Positions 34,557 through 43,901 of a stretch of DNA of 54,807 bases are shown piece by piece. The position numbers were made by a program, and so were the translations under genes. The stretch is from Chloroflexota bacterium (GTDB lineage Bacteria; Chloroflexota; Dehalococcoidia; Lucifugimonadales; VGZR01). The notes below the pieces were generated by a model. It was not told the DNA's origin, ran no database searches, and saw only the letters and a list, made by a program, of their open reading frames with translations. Location of the stretch: the NCBI GenBank assembly GCA_027625225.1, contig JAQBWG010000001.1, positions 1 to 54,807 of the forward strand, in the 5' to 3' direction. How positions within the stretch are numbered: position 1 is the first letter of the stretch; each line of letters starts with the position of its first letter.

Positions 34557-35939
34557 CTAGACGTGAATCGCTTCCCCATTTGCAGCCAATGCCGCTTCTT
34601 TCAAGGCTTCAGAAATCGTGGGGTGCGGATGCACCAACCAGCCGACTTCGGTAGTAGTGCCTTCCAACAGGCGCGCCAACGACACCTCTCCCAGCAATTC
34701 GGTTACTTCGGCGCCTATCATGTGTGCGCCGAGAATCTCGCCTATCTCGGTGTCCACAACCAACTTGATGAAGCCTTCGGTTTCGCCCATCGCCAATGCT
34801 TTTCCGCTGGCCGTGAACGGGAATTTACCTATCTTTATGGAAAGTCCTGCATCCTGAGCTTGCTTTTCGGTAAGTCCGAAGCTGGCAATCTGCGGCTTGC
34901 AGTACGTCGCCTTGGGCATCAAACCGTAATCGAGAGCGGGCGGATTCAGTCCAGCCATCGTCTCTACCGCGGTAACACCCTGAGCGGAGGCCACATGCGC
35001 CAAAAGCAGCTTGCCGGTAACGTCACCGACGGCGTAGATATTGTCCATATTCGTCCGCATGGAGTCGTCAATCTTCACAAAGCTGCGCTCGACTTCGACG
35101 CCAGCTTTATCCAGGCCAATCGTGTCGGAGTTGCCCTGTACACCCACAGCGACGAGTACTTTGTCGCACTCAAGTTCCGATTCGCCTTTCGGGCCGGAGA
35201 GTTTGAGTGTCGCACTGGAGCCGTGCACCTCAACATTCTTCACTTCGGTCTCGACCATTGCCTTGATGCCCTGGCGGGAGAAAGAACGCTGCAATTGCTG
35301 GCTCACCTCTTCGTCCTCGTTAGGAACAAGCCGCGGCATAAGTTCCACCAGCGTTACTTCAGCACCATAGGTACGGTAGAGATAGGCGAACTCGGCGCCG
35401 GTGGCGCCCGCGCCTACGATGACAACCCGCTTGGGGACCTCGCGAAGCTCCAGAGCGTGACGGCTGGTAATGACCACACGCCCGTCAATGGGAAGCGACG
35501 GTAGGTCGCGCTGACGAGCGCCTGTCGCAATAATGATTTTGTCAGTGGAAAGGGTCTGTCCGTCTTTCCCTAACTGCACCGTGTTTTTATCAACCAGTGC
35601 GCCCACGCCCTCGATGACCTCGACCTTGTTCTTTTTCAACAAAAATCCGACACCGCCGGTCAGCTTCGTGACCACCTGGCGGCTGCGGTCTATCGCGCTG
35701 GAGAAGTCAGGTTCGATGCCATCCACGGCGACGCCGAATTCGTGCGCGTGCTTGAACAAGTTCACGACTTCCGCGTTACGAAGTAGGGCCTTACTCGGGA
35801 TACAACCCCAGTTCAAGCAAACGCCGCCTACGGCGTCTCGTTCGATGATGGCGGTCTTCATTCCCAACTGGCCCGCTCTGATGGCGGCTACATAGCCGCC
35901 GGGGCCGCTTCCAAGCACTACTAGGTCGTAATCAGCCAA
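34557..35939 (-). CDS. lpdA: dihydrolipoyl dehydrogenase (E3)
   Basis: GSGPGGY FAD motif, redox-active disulfide GGVCLNWGCIPSK, C-terminal HPHPT(I)SE. The E3-first gene order resembles B. subtilis lpdV-bkdAA-bkdAB-bkdB, which is an inference toward a branched-chain specificity. Confidence 0.95.
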   Translation of the reverse strand: MADYDLVVLGSGPGGYVAAIRAGQLGMKTAIIERDAVGGVCLNWGCIPSKALLRNAEVVNLFKHAHEFGVAVDGIEPDFSSAIDRSRQVVTKLTGGVGFLLKKNKVEVIEGVGALVDKNTVQLGKDGQTLSTDKIIIATGARQRDLPSLPIDGRVVITSRHALELREVPKRVVIVGAGATGAEFAYLYRTYGAEVTLVELMPRLVPNEDEEVSQQLQRSFSRQGIKAMVETEVKNVEVHGSSATLKLSGPKGESELECDKVLVAVGVQGNSDTIGLDKAGVEVERSFVKIDDSMRTNMDNIYAVGDVTGKLLLAHVASAQGVTAVETMAGLNPPALDYGLMPKATYCKPQIASFGLTEKQAQDAGLSIKIGKFPFTASGKALAMGETEGFIKLVVDTEIGEILGAHMIGAEVTELLGEVSLARLLEGTTTEVGWLVHPHPTISEALKEAALAANGEAIHV

Positions 35940-36025
35940 ACTAACACCCCAAATAGAGACTGCGCCCAGGTAGGACGCTGCGAGTTCCGTCTATTCTACA
36001 TCAAAGCTGTCCGATAGCTGATGCC

Positions 36026-36047
36026 TAGCTATGCGAGGGCATAGCTA
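36026..36047. promoter_or_regulatory. palindrome in the divergent lpdA / dmpA-like intergenic region (candidate operator)
   Basis: TAGCTATGC-GAGG-GCATAGCTA is a 9-bp perfect inverted repeat. Additional (G)ATAGCT/AGCTA(G) copies flank it. Confidence 0.3.
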
Positions 36048-36179
36048 TCCAGCTAGGTTTGGTTGGACGCTTGGGGCGGGCGATGCTAAGATTACGGTGC
36101 AGCTAATCCCTCTGGGAACGGTGAGCACGAGGCATTGTTCGACGGAGACTTGTTTTTACCGTCATCACGGTGTCCGTGA

Positions 36180-36209
36180 CCTCTCCCAGCCGGAGAGGCC
36201 GTTTTATTT
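36180..36209 (+). promoter_or_regulatory. leader hairpin that pairs the dmpA-like SD, followed by a U-rich tract
   Basis: CCTCTCC (36180-36186) pairs with GGAGAGG (36192-36198), the only SD-like element before ATG 36210. It is followed by CCGTTTTATTT. A second hairpin, TCACGG-TGT-CCGTGA, abuts it. Confidence 0.3.
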
Positions 36210-37196
36210 ATGACACATTCCAACGGACATAACGGCGGAATCACTCTCATACCCGGCATAAAAGTCGGGCACTACACCGACGCCGAGAACGCGACTGGCT
36301 GCACTGTGGTGCTTAGCGAAGCGGGCGTTATGGGAGGCGTGGACGTCCGCGGCGGTGCGCCGGGCACACACGAGACGGACCTGCTGCGGCCTGAGATGCA
36401 CATGAACCAGGTACACGGCATCGTCCTCAGTGGCGGCAGTGCGTTCGGCTTGGAATCGGCGAACGGCGTAATGCAGTATCTGGAAGAGCACGGCATCGGT
36501 TATCAGGCCGTAGGCGTGCGGGTTCCCATCGTCCCCGCCGCGATTTTATTCGACCTGGCCATCGGCTCGAAAACCGTGCGGCCAGACAAACAGGCTGGCT
36601 ATAAAGCGTGCGAGGCGGCGTCCAATGAACCTCCCGAGGAGGGCAGTGTGGGCGCTGGTACGGGCGCGACGGTCGCCAAGCTGGCCGGACGCGACCACAT
36701 CGTGAAGGGTGGCATCGGCACGTATGCCCTCGACCTTGGAGGTGGCCTGCTCGTAGGTGCCCTCGTGGCGGTAAACGCACTGGGGGCTGTGTACGACCCT
36801 GACACCGGCGAGCTTGTCGCGGGGCCGCGAGGAATATCCATAAAAGACCCAGACGACCCGTTCGGCCTCCTTAGTTCGCCAAAACCACTTCCGAAGCCAA
36901 ACCCTATCGAGAACACTACCATTGGCGTCGTGGCGACGAACGCCCGACTCGACAAAGCGACCGTGAACAAACTCGCGTCGAGCGCACACGACGGCCTGGC
37001 GATGTCGGTACGCCCTGCACATACTCCGCACGACGGCGACACGTTTTTCGCACTGGCGACCGGCGACCACGAACCGCGGGTGCATCTCGACCGAGTACTG
37101 GCGGCGGCAGCGTTATGCGTTGCGTGCGCGACGGTGCGGGCGGTGCAACAGGCAAAAGGGCTGGCAGGCGTCCCAAGCATTTCCGAGGTGAAGTAA
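36210..37196 (+). CDS. P1/S58-family peptidase (DmpA/BapA-like aminopeptidase)
   Basis: 328 aa with family-typical motifs (GIKVGHYTD, TGCTVVL, GGAPGT.ETDLL, GIVLSGGSAFGL, GTGATV). Confidence 0.85.
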   Translation: MTHSNGHNGGITLIPGIKVGHYTDAENATGCTVVLSEAGVMGGVDVRGGAPGTHETDLLRPEMHMNQVHGIVLSGGSAFGLESANGVMQYLEEHGIGYQAVGVRVPIVPAAILFDLAIGSKTVRPDKQAGYKACEAASNEPPEEGSVGAGTGATVAKLAGRDHIVKGGIGTYALDLGGGLLVGALVAVNALGAVYDPDTGELVAGPRGISIKDPDDPFGLLSSPKPLPKPNPIENTTIGVVATNARLDKATVNKLASSAHDGLAMSVRPAHTPHDGDTFFALATGDHEPRVHLDRVLAAAALCVACATVRAVQQAKGLAGVPSISEVK

Positions 37197-38098
37197 TGGC
37201 GAGTTTCAGCAAATCGAGCAAAATCGCGTTCATAGGCTCCGGCGGCGTAGCGGGGGCCTTCTCAATCGCCCTCTCCAAGAACGGCTATCCGATAGTAGCC
37301 GCATCCAGTCGCACGTTCGCTTCGGCGGAGAAACTGGCGTCCCGTGTGAAGGGCTGCAAGGCAGTGAAGACACTGCAAGAGGCCGCCGACATGGCCGACG
37401 TGGTGATTATCACCACGTTCGACGGGGTCATCGGCGACGTTGCGGACAGCATCCACTGGAAGCCCGGTCAGGGCGCGGTGCACTGTTCCGGCGTGACCAA
37501 GCTCGACGTATTTGACAACGCCGTAAAACAGGGTGCCATTGTCGGCTCATTGCATCCACTGCAGGCCTTCGCCTCGGTGGAGGAGGCGGTTGAGGCGCTG
37601 CCCGGCTCAACCTTCGGCATCGAGGCCGAGGGTGATATGCGGAAGTATCTGGAGACGATGGCCCTTGACCTGGGAGGCCATCCCATCTTCCTCAAGGCGG
37701 AAGACCGCGAGATTTATCACGCCTCGGTGGTGACGGTCGGCGGGCTGCTCATGGCCCTGATAGGTATCGTGGCCGACACATGGCGGGACAACTTCGGCGT
37801 GTCCCGCGACGACGCCCTGCGCGCCGTCCTGCCCATCATCCGCGGATGCGCTGACACGCTGCAGGCGAACGGCATACCGGGCGGCATCGCCGGGCCGTAT
37901 GTACGCGGCGACGTTGGGACGGTACAGAAACATCTGGACGCGTTCAAGACCCGTGCGCCGGATGGGTTGCAGATGTATGCCAACATCGCGCTGGCTGGGC
38001 TGTATCTAGGACGCGAAAAGGGCAAGGCCGACCCTAAAGACATGGACGCTATCGAAGCGTTGTTAAGGAAGTACATCAAGGACAACCCGATTTCGTAA
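37196..38098 (+). CDS. Rossmann-fold DUF2520-type oxidoreductase (candidate ketopantoate reductase substitute)
   Basis: ATG 37196 overlaps the upstream TAA (TAATG), with GAGGTG 5 nt upstream. N-terminal FIGSGGVAGAFSIAL dinucleotide motif. Lies directly upstream of panB-panC. Confidence 0.65.
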   Translation: MASFSKSSKIAFIGSGGVAGAFSIALSKNGYPIVAASSRTFASAEKLASRVKGCKAVKTLQEAADMADVVIITTFDGVIGDVADSIHWKPGQGAVHCSGVTKLDVFDNAVKQGAIVGSLHPLQAFASVEEAVEALPGSTFGIEAEGDMRKYLETMALDLGGHPIFLKAEDREIYHASVVTVGGLLMALIGIVADTWRDNFGVSRDDALRAVLPIIRGCADTLQANGIPGGIAGPYVRGDVGTVQKHLDAFKTRAPDGLQMYANIALAGLYLGREKGKADPKDMDAIEALLRKYIKDNPIS

Positions 38099-38149
38099 AC
38101 TGGTCGGAAACAACCGGCGCAGGACTTCACTCATGGTAGGAGGTACCAC

Positions 38150-38986
38150 ATGCGCGTGACCATACAGCAACTGAAGGATATGAAAGAGCGGGGCGAGCGC
38201 ATCGCCATGCTCACCGCCTACGACTACACGTCGGCCAAGCTCGTCGAGCAGGCGGACGTTCCCGTTATCCTGGTGGGCGACAGTCTGGGGCAGGTAGTCC
38301 TCGGCCACGACTCGACCATCCCGGTCACTATGGACGATATGATTCACCACTCCCGTGCTGTCGTGCGCGGCACTGAGAAGGCACACATCGTAGTCGACAT
38401 GCCGTTCATGAGCTACCACGCCGAATGGCCCGCCGCTGTGCGCAACGCCGGGCGACTGATGAAAGAGGGCGGCGTGAATTCTGTCAAGCTGGAGGGCGGC
38501 CGCGACTTAACGCGGACTGTCCAGCGTATGGTGAAAGCCGGCATCCCGGTCATGGGCCACATCGGCCTGACCCCGCAATCGGTGAACCAGCTCAGCGGCT
38601 ACAAGGTGCAGGGCCGGTCGTCCGAGCAGGCCGCCGAGCTTCTTGCCGACGCCGTCGCACTGGAAGAGGCGGGTGCGTACGCAATCGTGCTGGAGTTGGT
38701 GCCCGCCCCGCTGGCAAAACTCATCACCGAAAAGCTGAGTATCCCCACCATCGGCATCGGTGCGGGGCCCTACTGCGACGGCCAGGTGCAGGTGTTCCAC
38801 GACGTCATGGGGTTATTCGAAGACTTCGTGCCCAAGCACACTCGCCGCTACGCCAAGCTGGGCGACGAGATTCGGCAGGCCGTCTGGACGTATGTGGCGG
38901 ATGTGAAAGACGGTCGGTTCCCGACCGCCGCCGAAAGCTACGACCTCGACGACGTTCTGCTGTCGCAGCTTTCCGACAAGAAGTAG
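38150..38986 (+). CDS. panB: 3-methyl-2-oxobutanoate hydroxymethyltransferase
   Basis: MLTAYDY....L......ILVGDSLG.V.LG motif. 278 aa. A GGAGG-type SD lies upstream. Confidence 0.95.
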   Translation: MRVTIQQLKDMKERGERIAMLTAYDYTSAKLVEQADVPVILVGDSLGQVVLGHDSTIPVTMDDMIHHSRAVVRGTEKAHIVVDMPFMSYHAEWPAAVRNAGRLMKEGGVNSVKLEGGRDLTRTVQRMVKAGIPVMGHIGLTPQSVNQLSGYKVQGRSSEQAAELLADAVALEEAGAYAIVLELVPAPLAKLITEKLSIPTIGIGAGPYCDGQVQVFHDVMGLFEDFVPKHTRRYAKLGDEIRQAVWTYVADVKDGRFPTAAESYDLDDVLLSQLSDKK

Positions 38987-38992
38987 CTCCCA

Positions 38993-39829
38993 ATGCAGGT
39001 ATTCTCCACCGTCGCCGAGTTCCGCCAGGCGTGTACCCAGGCCAAGCGTCCGCTCGGTCTCGTACCCACCATGGGCGCGCTGCACGCAGGACATACGGCG
39101 CTTATTCGGCGAAGCGTGGACGAGTGTAAGACGACCGCCGCGACGCTGTTCGTGAATCCGGCCCAGTTCGGCCCTAAAGAAGACTTCAACAGCTACCCGC
39201 GCAACGTACAGGCCGACATGGGGACGTTCGAACACGAAGGTGTCAACCTCCTGTTCACCCCTTCAACCGACGAGGTGTATCCCCCCGATTTCGACACGTG
39301 GGTACACGCGGGTAAGCTGTCCGAACGGCTCGAAGGTGAGTTCCGGCCCGGCCACTTCCGCGGTGTCGCCACTGTGGTATGCAAACTTCTGTCCATCGCC
39401 AGGCCTGACAAGGCCTACTTCGGGCAGAAGGACGTTCAGCAAACTCTGGTCATCAAGCGGATAAACACCGACCTGAACCTCGGTGCGGACATCGTAGTCG
39501 TGCCGACGGTACGCGAACCGGACGGCCTCGCCCTGAGCAGCCGCAACGTGAAGCTGAATCCTGATGAGCGTAGGGTAGCAACGGTGCTGTACAATGCGCT
39601 GAGTCTCGCGAAAGAAGCCGTTGCTAACGGCGCGACGGACGCGGGAGCAATCAGGGCTGCGATGGAGGAGTTGCTTCGCAAAGAACCGCTGGCCCAGATG
39701 GATTATGCGACCATCACAGACGCCTCGACGCTTGAACAGCTAGATGCCATAAGTCGACCCGCCCTGGCTCTCATAGCGGCACGCATCGGCAAGACTCGCC
39801 TCATAGACAACATGCCTTTGTACCCATGA
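38993..39829 (+). CDS. panC: pantoate--beta-alanine ligase
   Basis: PTMGALHAGH (HxGH) motif and FGQKD.QQ motif. 278 aa. Confidence 0.95.
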   Translation: MQVFSTVAEFRQACTQAKRPLGLVPTMGALHAGHTALIRRSVDECKTTAATLFVNPAQFGPKEDFNSYPRNVQADMGTFEHEGVNLLFTPSTDEVYPPDFDTWVHAGKLSERLEGEFRPGHFRGVATVVCKLLSIARPDKAYFGQKDVQQTLVIKRINTDLNLGADIVVVPTVREPDGLALSSRNVKLNPDERRVATVLYNALSLAKEAVANGATDAGAIRAAMEELLRKEPLAQMDYATITDASTLEQLDAISRPALALIAARIGKTRLIDNMPLYP

Positions 39830-39853
39830 TATAGTTACCGCGTAGCTGTAACT

Positions 39854-40645
39854 ATGAACATTCTTCTCACCAACGACGACGGCATTCACGCCGAGGGCAT
39901 CTGGAAGCTGGCCGAGGCCATGCGAGGCCTGGGTAATATCGTCATCGCCGCACCTGACCGCGACCAGAGCGGCATCGGCACCGCCAAGTCGCTGCAGAAC
40001 ATCGTCAAGGCCCACGAATACCGCTCACTTCTGGACGGTGTGCGGGCCATCATGGTTGAGGGAACACCGGCCGACTGCGTTATCCTGGCCGCCGAATCGT
40101 TGCACACCGGCGGATTCGACCTCGTGGTCTCCGGAATCAACGCTGGCGCTAATCTTGGACTTGACATAATGTCATCAGGCACCGTAGGCGGTGCGCTGCA
40201 GGGTTACTTTCGCAACATCCCATCCATCGCCGTCTCGGTGACCTCAATCAACGATGTGAAGTTCGACGCGGCTGCAAGCGCGGCCGCAAGGCTGGCCGAA
40301 GCGGTTCTTCAAAGTAAAGGCCGCATCAACCTGCCGCTGTTTTTAAACATGAACGTGCCAAACGTAGATGCCGACCGCATCATGGGCTCGGAAATCACCA
40401 CGCTCGGCCCACGCGCTTACATGGAAAACGTAGAACCGCAACAGGTAGGCACGCGCACGCACTACCGTATCCACCACAACAAGCCCGTCGGCGAGAGCGC
40501 AAAAGAAGGTTCGGACATCTGGGCCATACGTCAAAGCAAGGTGTCCATCACCCCGCTGAACGGTATGCTGGCGAACGTCGAAGGCGAGGAGTTGACCAGG
40601 GAGTTCGCGGCATCCGTCGCCCGGGCATTCACTTCCAATAACTAA
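39854..40645 (+). CDS. surE: 5'/3'-nucleotidase SurE
   Basis: N-terminal ILLTNDDGI motif and GINAGAN.G....SGTVGGA. Confidence 0.95.
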   Translation: MNILLTNDDGIHAEGIWKLAEAMRGLGNIVIAAPDRDQSGIGTAKSLQNIVKAHEYRSLLDGVRAIMVEGTPADCVILAAESLHTGGFDLVVSGINAGANLGLDIMSSGTVGGALQGYFRNIPSIAVSVTSINDVKFDAAASAAARLAEAVLQSKGRINLPLFLNMNVPNVDADRIMGSEITTLGPRAYMENVEPQQVGTRTHYRIHHNKPVGESAKEGSDIWAIRQSKVSITPLNGMLANVEGEELTREFAASVARAFTSNN

Positions 40646-40660
40646 ACTGGCAGGTGCACT

Positions 40661-41800
40661 ATGGCTAAATTAGACAAAGTAGCTATCGTCGGAGTGGCCG
40701 AGTCCGACCAGATCGGCAAGATTGAGAACAAATCGTCCCTCCAGCATCACGCCGAGGCGGCGTATAACGCGCTGGAAGACGCCGGCCTATCCATTAAAGA
40801 CGTGGACGGCATCCTCACCGCGGGCTACTCATCCATGGTCGTGGCCGAGTACCTCGGCATCACCCCCAGCTACACCGACTCCACTGCCGTCGGCGGCTCG
40901 TCCTTTATCATCCACATCGCCCACGCCATGGCCGCCATCAACGCCGGTTACTGCGAAGTCGCGCTGGTTACCCACGGTGAGGCCGGACGCAGCCGTCGTA
41001 CCAACGCCATACCCGACCTGGCCGAGGCTGCGCCGCAGTACGAATGGCCCTACGGCATCATCGGTGCACCAGCGATGTACTCACTGGCCGCCAATCGCTA
41101 TATGCATCAGTACGGCGAAGACCGCGTGCGCCAGGGCATGGCAGAGGTCGCCGTCGCGACTCGCAAGTGGGCCCTCAAAAACCCAAAGGCGTATATGAAA
41201 GACCCCATGACCTTTGACGACTATCACAATTCCCGCTGGATAGCGTGGCCTTTCCACCTGCTGGACTGCTGCTTGGTCACCGACGCGGGCGGCGCATACG
41301 TGGTGACCACTGCGGAACGGGCCAGGAACCTCAAAAAGAAGCCGGTGTGGGTGCTTGGAGCTGCCGAAGGCCACGACCATGCCATCGTGAGCCAGATGCC
41401 GGACCTCACCTGGCCCATCTCCCGTGAGACGGGTAAAAAGGCGCTGGCGCGGGCGGGCGTGACCCACAAAGACCTCGACCTGGCTATGATTTACGACTCA
41501 TTCACCTATACGGTGCTGGCGTCCCTAGAGGCGTTGGGCTTCTGCGGCAGGGGCGAGGCGCCCGACTTCGTCGCCAATCAGCGAACCGCCCCGGGCGGCG
41601 AGTTCGCCTTGAACACCTCCGGCGGCGGGCTTTCCTACACCCATTCGGGCATGTACGGCATGTTCCTGGTACTGGAGGCCGTCCGCCAGCTTCGCGGCGA
41701 GTGCGGCGAACGGCAACTGGACGACCCCAGGCTTGCGCTCATCAACGGCACCGGCGGCGCGCTGTCATCCACCGGTACCGTTATCGTGGCAGCGGACTAA
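40661..41800 (+). CDS. thiolase-domain protein (SCP-x / lipid-transfer-type thiolase)
   Basis: 379 aa with thiolase-like N and C domains (NTSGGGLS...G). Paired with the DUF35 gene downstream, as is usual for this family. Confidence 0.85.
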   Translation: MAKLDKVAIVGVAESDQIGKIENKSSLQHHAEAAYNALEDAGLSIKDVDGILTAGYSSMVVAEYLGITPSYTDSTAVGGSSFIIHIAHAMAAINAGYCEVALVTHGEAGRSRRTNAIPDLAEAAPQYEWPYGIIGAPAMYSLAANRYMHQYGEDRVRQGMAEVAVATRKWALKNPKAYMKDPMTFDDYHNSRWIAWPFHLLDCCLVTDAGGAYVVTTAERARNLKKKPVWVLGAAEGHDHAIVSQMPDLTWPISRETGKKALARAGVTHKDLDLAMIYDSFTYTVLASLEALGFCGRGEAPDFVANQRTAPGGEFALNTSGGGLSYTHSGMYGMFLVLEAVRQLRGECGERQLDDPRLALINGTGGALSSTGTVIVAAD

Positions 41801-41810
41801 GGAGACGAAT

Positions 41811-42239
41811 ATGACCACACAATATAAAAAACCGATACCTGTTCCCCAGGGCGAGAGCGACGTCTACTGGCAGAAGGCCAAACAGGGCGAACTGTGGTTG
41901 CGCAAGTGCGACGATTGCGGCAAGGCCTATTTCTATCCGCGCGATATCTCGCCGTGCTGCTTCTCCAAGAAAACGTCGTGGATTAAGGCGTCCGGCAAGG
42001 CGACGCTGCATACCTTCGCCATCGTGCACCGTGCGCCCATCGCGGCGTTCGCCGAGGACGCGCCGTTCGTGACCGCCATCGTGGAACTGGAAGAGGGGCC
42101 AATGATGCCCACGCACATTGTTGAAATTTCCGGGGGCGGCGAGCCCACGCCGGAGAAGCTTTCCATCGGGATGTCTCTCGAGGTGGTCTTCGAGGACATC
42201 ACCGACACCATCGCACTGCCCAAATTCAAGCCTGTTTAG
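41811..42239 (+). CDS. DUF35 OB-fold / zinc-ribbon acyl-CoA-associated protein
   Basis: ATG 41811 has AAGGAG 7 nt upstream (the track ORF starts earlier at 41733). Zn-ribbon CDDCGKAYFYPRDISPCC, followed by an OB-fold. Confidence 0.85.
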   Translation: MTTQYKKPIPVPQGESDVYWQKAKQGELWLRKCDDCGKAYFYPRDISPCCFSKKTSWIKASGKATLHTFAIVHRAPIAAFAEDAPFVTAIVELEEGPMMPTHIVEISGGGEPTPEKLSIGMSLEVVFEDITDTIALPKFKPV

Positions 42240-42259
42240 CCGAACCACGGAGGCCTATC

Positions 42260-42745
42260 ATGTCCGATGCTCTAGTAGAATTTTTTAAACACAATCTCTG
42301 GGCCAACCAGAAACTCCTGGCTGCCTGTAAAGGTCTGACCGAAGAGCAGCTTCACACAACCAGTGACGGGACGTATGGCCGCATCAGCGACACGCTGGTG
42401 CACATCGTCTCTGCCGAGGAGTACTACGTCGGTCTTATCAATGGCCAAAAACTGGAGAACAGGTTGCGTGTGAAAGACGGGTTTCCCGGTCTTCAAGTAT
42501 TACGAGAACACGCCCAGCACAGTGGCGAGGGGCTCGTTGCTATCGCTAAAAACTTCGACGGATCAAGGATACTCGAACAGCTCCATCCGTCCGAGCCGGA
42601 CAACCTGCATGCGGTGACACCCTTGCTCCAAGCCATGAACCACGCAACAGAACACAGGGCACACATCATGACCATTATGAGTCAGCTTGGGGTGGAGCCG
42701 CCGTCGCTCGACGCGTGGGCTTACAACAAGGAGCGGTTCGGTTAG
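42260..42745 (+). CDS. DinB-family (four-helix-bundle metal-binding) protein
   Basis: 161 aa with the N-terminal NLWAN motif and His residues spaced as in the DinB/YfiT family. Confidence 0.75.
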   Translation: MSDALVEFFKHNLWANQKLLAACKGLTEEQLHTTSDGTYGRISDTLVHIVSAEEYYVGLINGQKLENRLRVKDGFPGLQVLREHAQHSGEGLVAIAKNFDGSRILEQLHPSEPDNLHAVTPLLQAMNHATEHRAHIMTIMSQLGVEPPSLDAWAYNKERFG

Positions 42746-43464
42746 CCGGCTACCAGTTCGAAGATTCGCTGAACGATGCGGTTCGGCTGAACAACCGAGC
42801 CCTCCGGCAGGCCATTAAGCCGATGGTCTACCCAAATGCCGTGAACACCCAGCTTCTGCGGCGCTCCTACGTCAAGTTCGATATTGTCGCCGGCCATCCA
42901 GGCGTTGCTTGCCTTGACACCCAGCTTGTTTAAGGCATTCTCATAGACTTGAGGTTCCGGTTTGCCTTTGCCGAACTCCCCCTCGACCTGAACGTGGTCG
43001 AAGTACTGCTCCAACTCGAACTTGTTTATCTTCGAACGCTGCATCTCGGAAGCGCCGTTGGTAATCATGGCGAGACGTACTCCCTCTTCACACAGGTGCA
43101 CCAGCGTATCCAATGCGCCGGGGAAGGGCTCGATGTGCTGCTCGCGCCGTTCGCGCCACAATACGGCCATCTCTTCCGAAAAATTCGACCCGTCTATACC
43201 CAGAGTTTTGAGCGCTTGATGGATGTTGTCCACTAAGGTCTTCATAGGGTTCAGTCGGCCATTGAGATGACGGTGGTCGTCGGTCCAGAACCATTCCCGA
43301 TAATCCTTGATAGCAGTCTGCACCGTTTCGACAGGCTTACCCTGAAACTTATCCTGGAAATGCTCGCAGACGACGAGCCAATCTTTCTCCATATCCTTCG
43401 ACGTCCAGAGAATGGTATCGTCCAAATCAAAGAGCACAGCTTTAGGGAAAGAACCGTTCGTCAT
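42742..43464 (-). CDS. HAD-family hydrolase
   Basis: DxDxT motif (LFDLDDTIL), ITNG, GD..ELDV. The ATG overlaps the upstream stop (TAATG). Confidence 0.85.
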   Translation of the reverse strand: MTNGSFPKAVLFDLDDTILWTSKDMEKDWLVVCEHFQDKFQGKPVETVQTAIKDYREWFWTDDHRHLNGRLNPMKTLVDNIHQALKTLGIDGSNFSEEMAVLWRERREQHIEPFPGALDTLVHLCEEGVRLAMITNGASEMQRSKINKFELEQYFDHVQVEGEFGKGKPEPQVYENALNKLGVKASNAWMAGDNIELDVGAPQKLGVHGIWVDHRLNGLPEGSVVQPNRIVQRIFELVAG

Positions 43465-43826
43465 TAGTCGGTAACCGCCTTGGCCTGTTCACGCTCCGCC
43501 TTACACTCGTCACAAGGACAGAGGCGGCGCAGATGGTCGAAGGGGTAGATGCCGGTGAAGTGGCCGTCGCTCCAGAGAAACTGCACGGCGTAATTCCCAA
43601 TCGTCATCTGGTCTTCGGCGCGAATGTCGGAGGACACGGAGGCGGGGTCGAGCAGCTTACGTCTCGTCCACTCCTCGATGCACTGTGCGCAGCCACAGTT
43701 CACACGCAGTTCTTTGGCCCCGTATTCGCTGATGTGGCCGTCGTTCCATTCGACGTGAACACCACCGTCGTCTCGGATACTAACGCTGGTTGGTTTGTAT
43801 TCCTTTGATGCCATTTCTATCTTCAA
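43464..43826 (-). CDS. DUF971 (gamma-butyrobetaine hydroxylase-like N-terminal) domain protein
   Basis: W.DGH.S.Y....LR..C.CA.C pattern and a second CPCDEC. Confidence 0.8.
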   Translation of the reverse strand: MKIEMASKEYKPTSVSIRDDGGVHVEWNDGHISEYGAKELRVNCGCAQCIEEWTRRKLLDPASVSSDIRAEDQMTIGNYAVQFLWSDGHFTGIYPFDHLRRLCPCDECKAEREQAKAVTD

Positions 43827-43901
43827 GTATAGGCCATAGAGGGCTTTGGTTGGTTACCAATTCACTTGCTCTAGGACGTTTACTCCTTTATCATCGGCTT
43901 A

